Source: the human T2T-CHM13v2.0 reference genome, Homo sapiens. Taken from it: DNA of 64,000 nt. The translations under genes and the position numbers were made by a program. The stretch lies in NCBI RefSeq assembly GCF_009914755.1, contig NC_060931.1; one strand, 5' to 3'. Below, piece after piece: positions 63,420 through 64,000 of this stretch (position 1 is its first letter; each line of letters begins with the position of its first letter). The notes below the pieces were generated by a model. That model saw only the letters and a program-made list of their open reading frames with translations. It did no database searches and was not told where the DNA came from.

Positions 63420-64000
63420 TGAAATTTGTCCAGTAAAATTTCCTTTGATAATCAGTTCTGTGAATTTTGACAAATATACTATGTCAATCATAATCAGAAC
63501 ATCCTCTCCCCTACCACCAAATTTCTCCATGCTGCCCCTTTATATTCCCATATTCCCCCCACACCTATCCTTAACCTTTGGTAACCACTATCTGCTTTCT
63601 GGTCCTACAGTTTTGCCTTTTCCAGAATGTTATCCAAATGGAATGTTACGGTATACAGTATAACCTTTTGAGTCTGGCTTCTTTCAGTTAGCATAATGCA
63701 TTTGAGCTTTATCCATGTTGTTCATCAATAGTTTCTTTTCATTGTTGAGTGGTATGCCATTATATGGATGTACCTGAGTTTATTCATTCACTCAGTGAAG
63801 GATATTTGGGTTGCTCCCAGTTTAATTATGAAAAAATTAAAGATGTATTCTACAAACATTTGCATATGAATTGTGTGAATATAAGTTTTAGCTGCTTAGA
63901 TAAATAATTGGGAGTGGAATGCCGGGTCCTATAGTATATTTAACTTACAAGAAACGAAACTGTTTTCCAAAATGGTTGTTCCATTTTGCATTCCTACTAG
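63420..64000 (-). mobile_element. Old L1M 3' fragment
   Basis: ttttgagtctggcttctttca...gtggtatgccattatatggatg motifs. Confidence 0.7.

Overview
Primate (apparently human, 7q21.2) genomic DNA, Alu- and L1-dense. Minus strand: exons 1-2 and the CpG-island promoter of CYP51A1 (SRE and CRE-like sites), and the complete 5-exon CDS of LRRD1 (1917+199+162+118+187 = 2583 nt = 860 aa, LRRs plus C-terminal death domain) with a probable promoter CpG island near 48.3-48.7 kb. Repeats: solo LTRs (ERV1-type, LTR8, LTR12C, MLT2A), Tigger relics, an old plus-strand L1MA, a full-length L1PA3/4 nested in an older L1, a tailless U2 fragment and about 45 Alus. Main result: a 31-nt candidate exon (11742-11772, minus) in unique DNA between LRRD1 and CYP51A1, with consensus splice sites and a strong-Kozak ATG. 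It (i) joins LRRD1's phase-2 penultimate exon in frame to CYP51A1 exon 2, giving an LRR-P450 fusion, and (ii) lies just downstream of an intact LTR12C promoter that could drive an anchor-less CYP51A1 (MEDALFLR-KSPPYIF...). Transcription and translation of either product is inferred, not shown, and current annotation should be checked for existing models. Repeat subfamily calls are from recalled consensus features and repeat boundaries are approximate unless a TSD is given.
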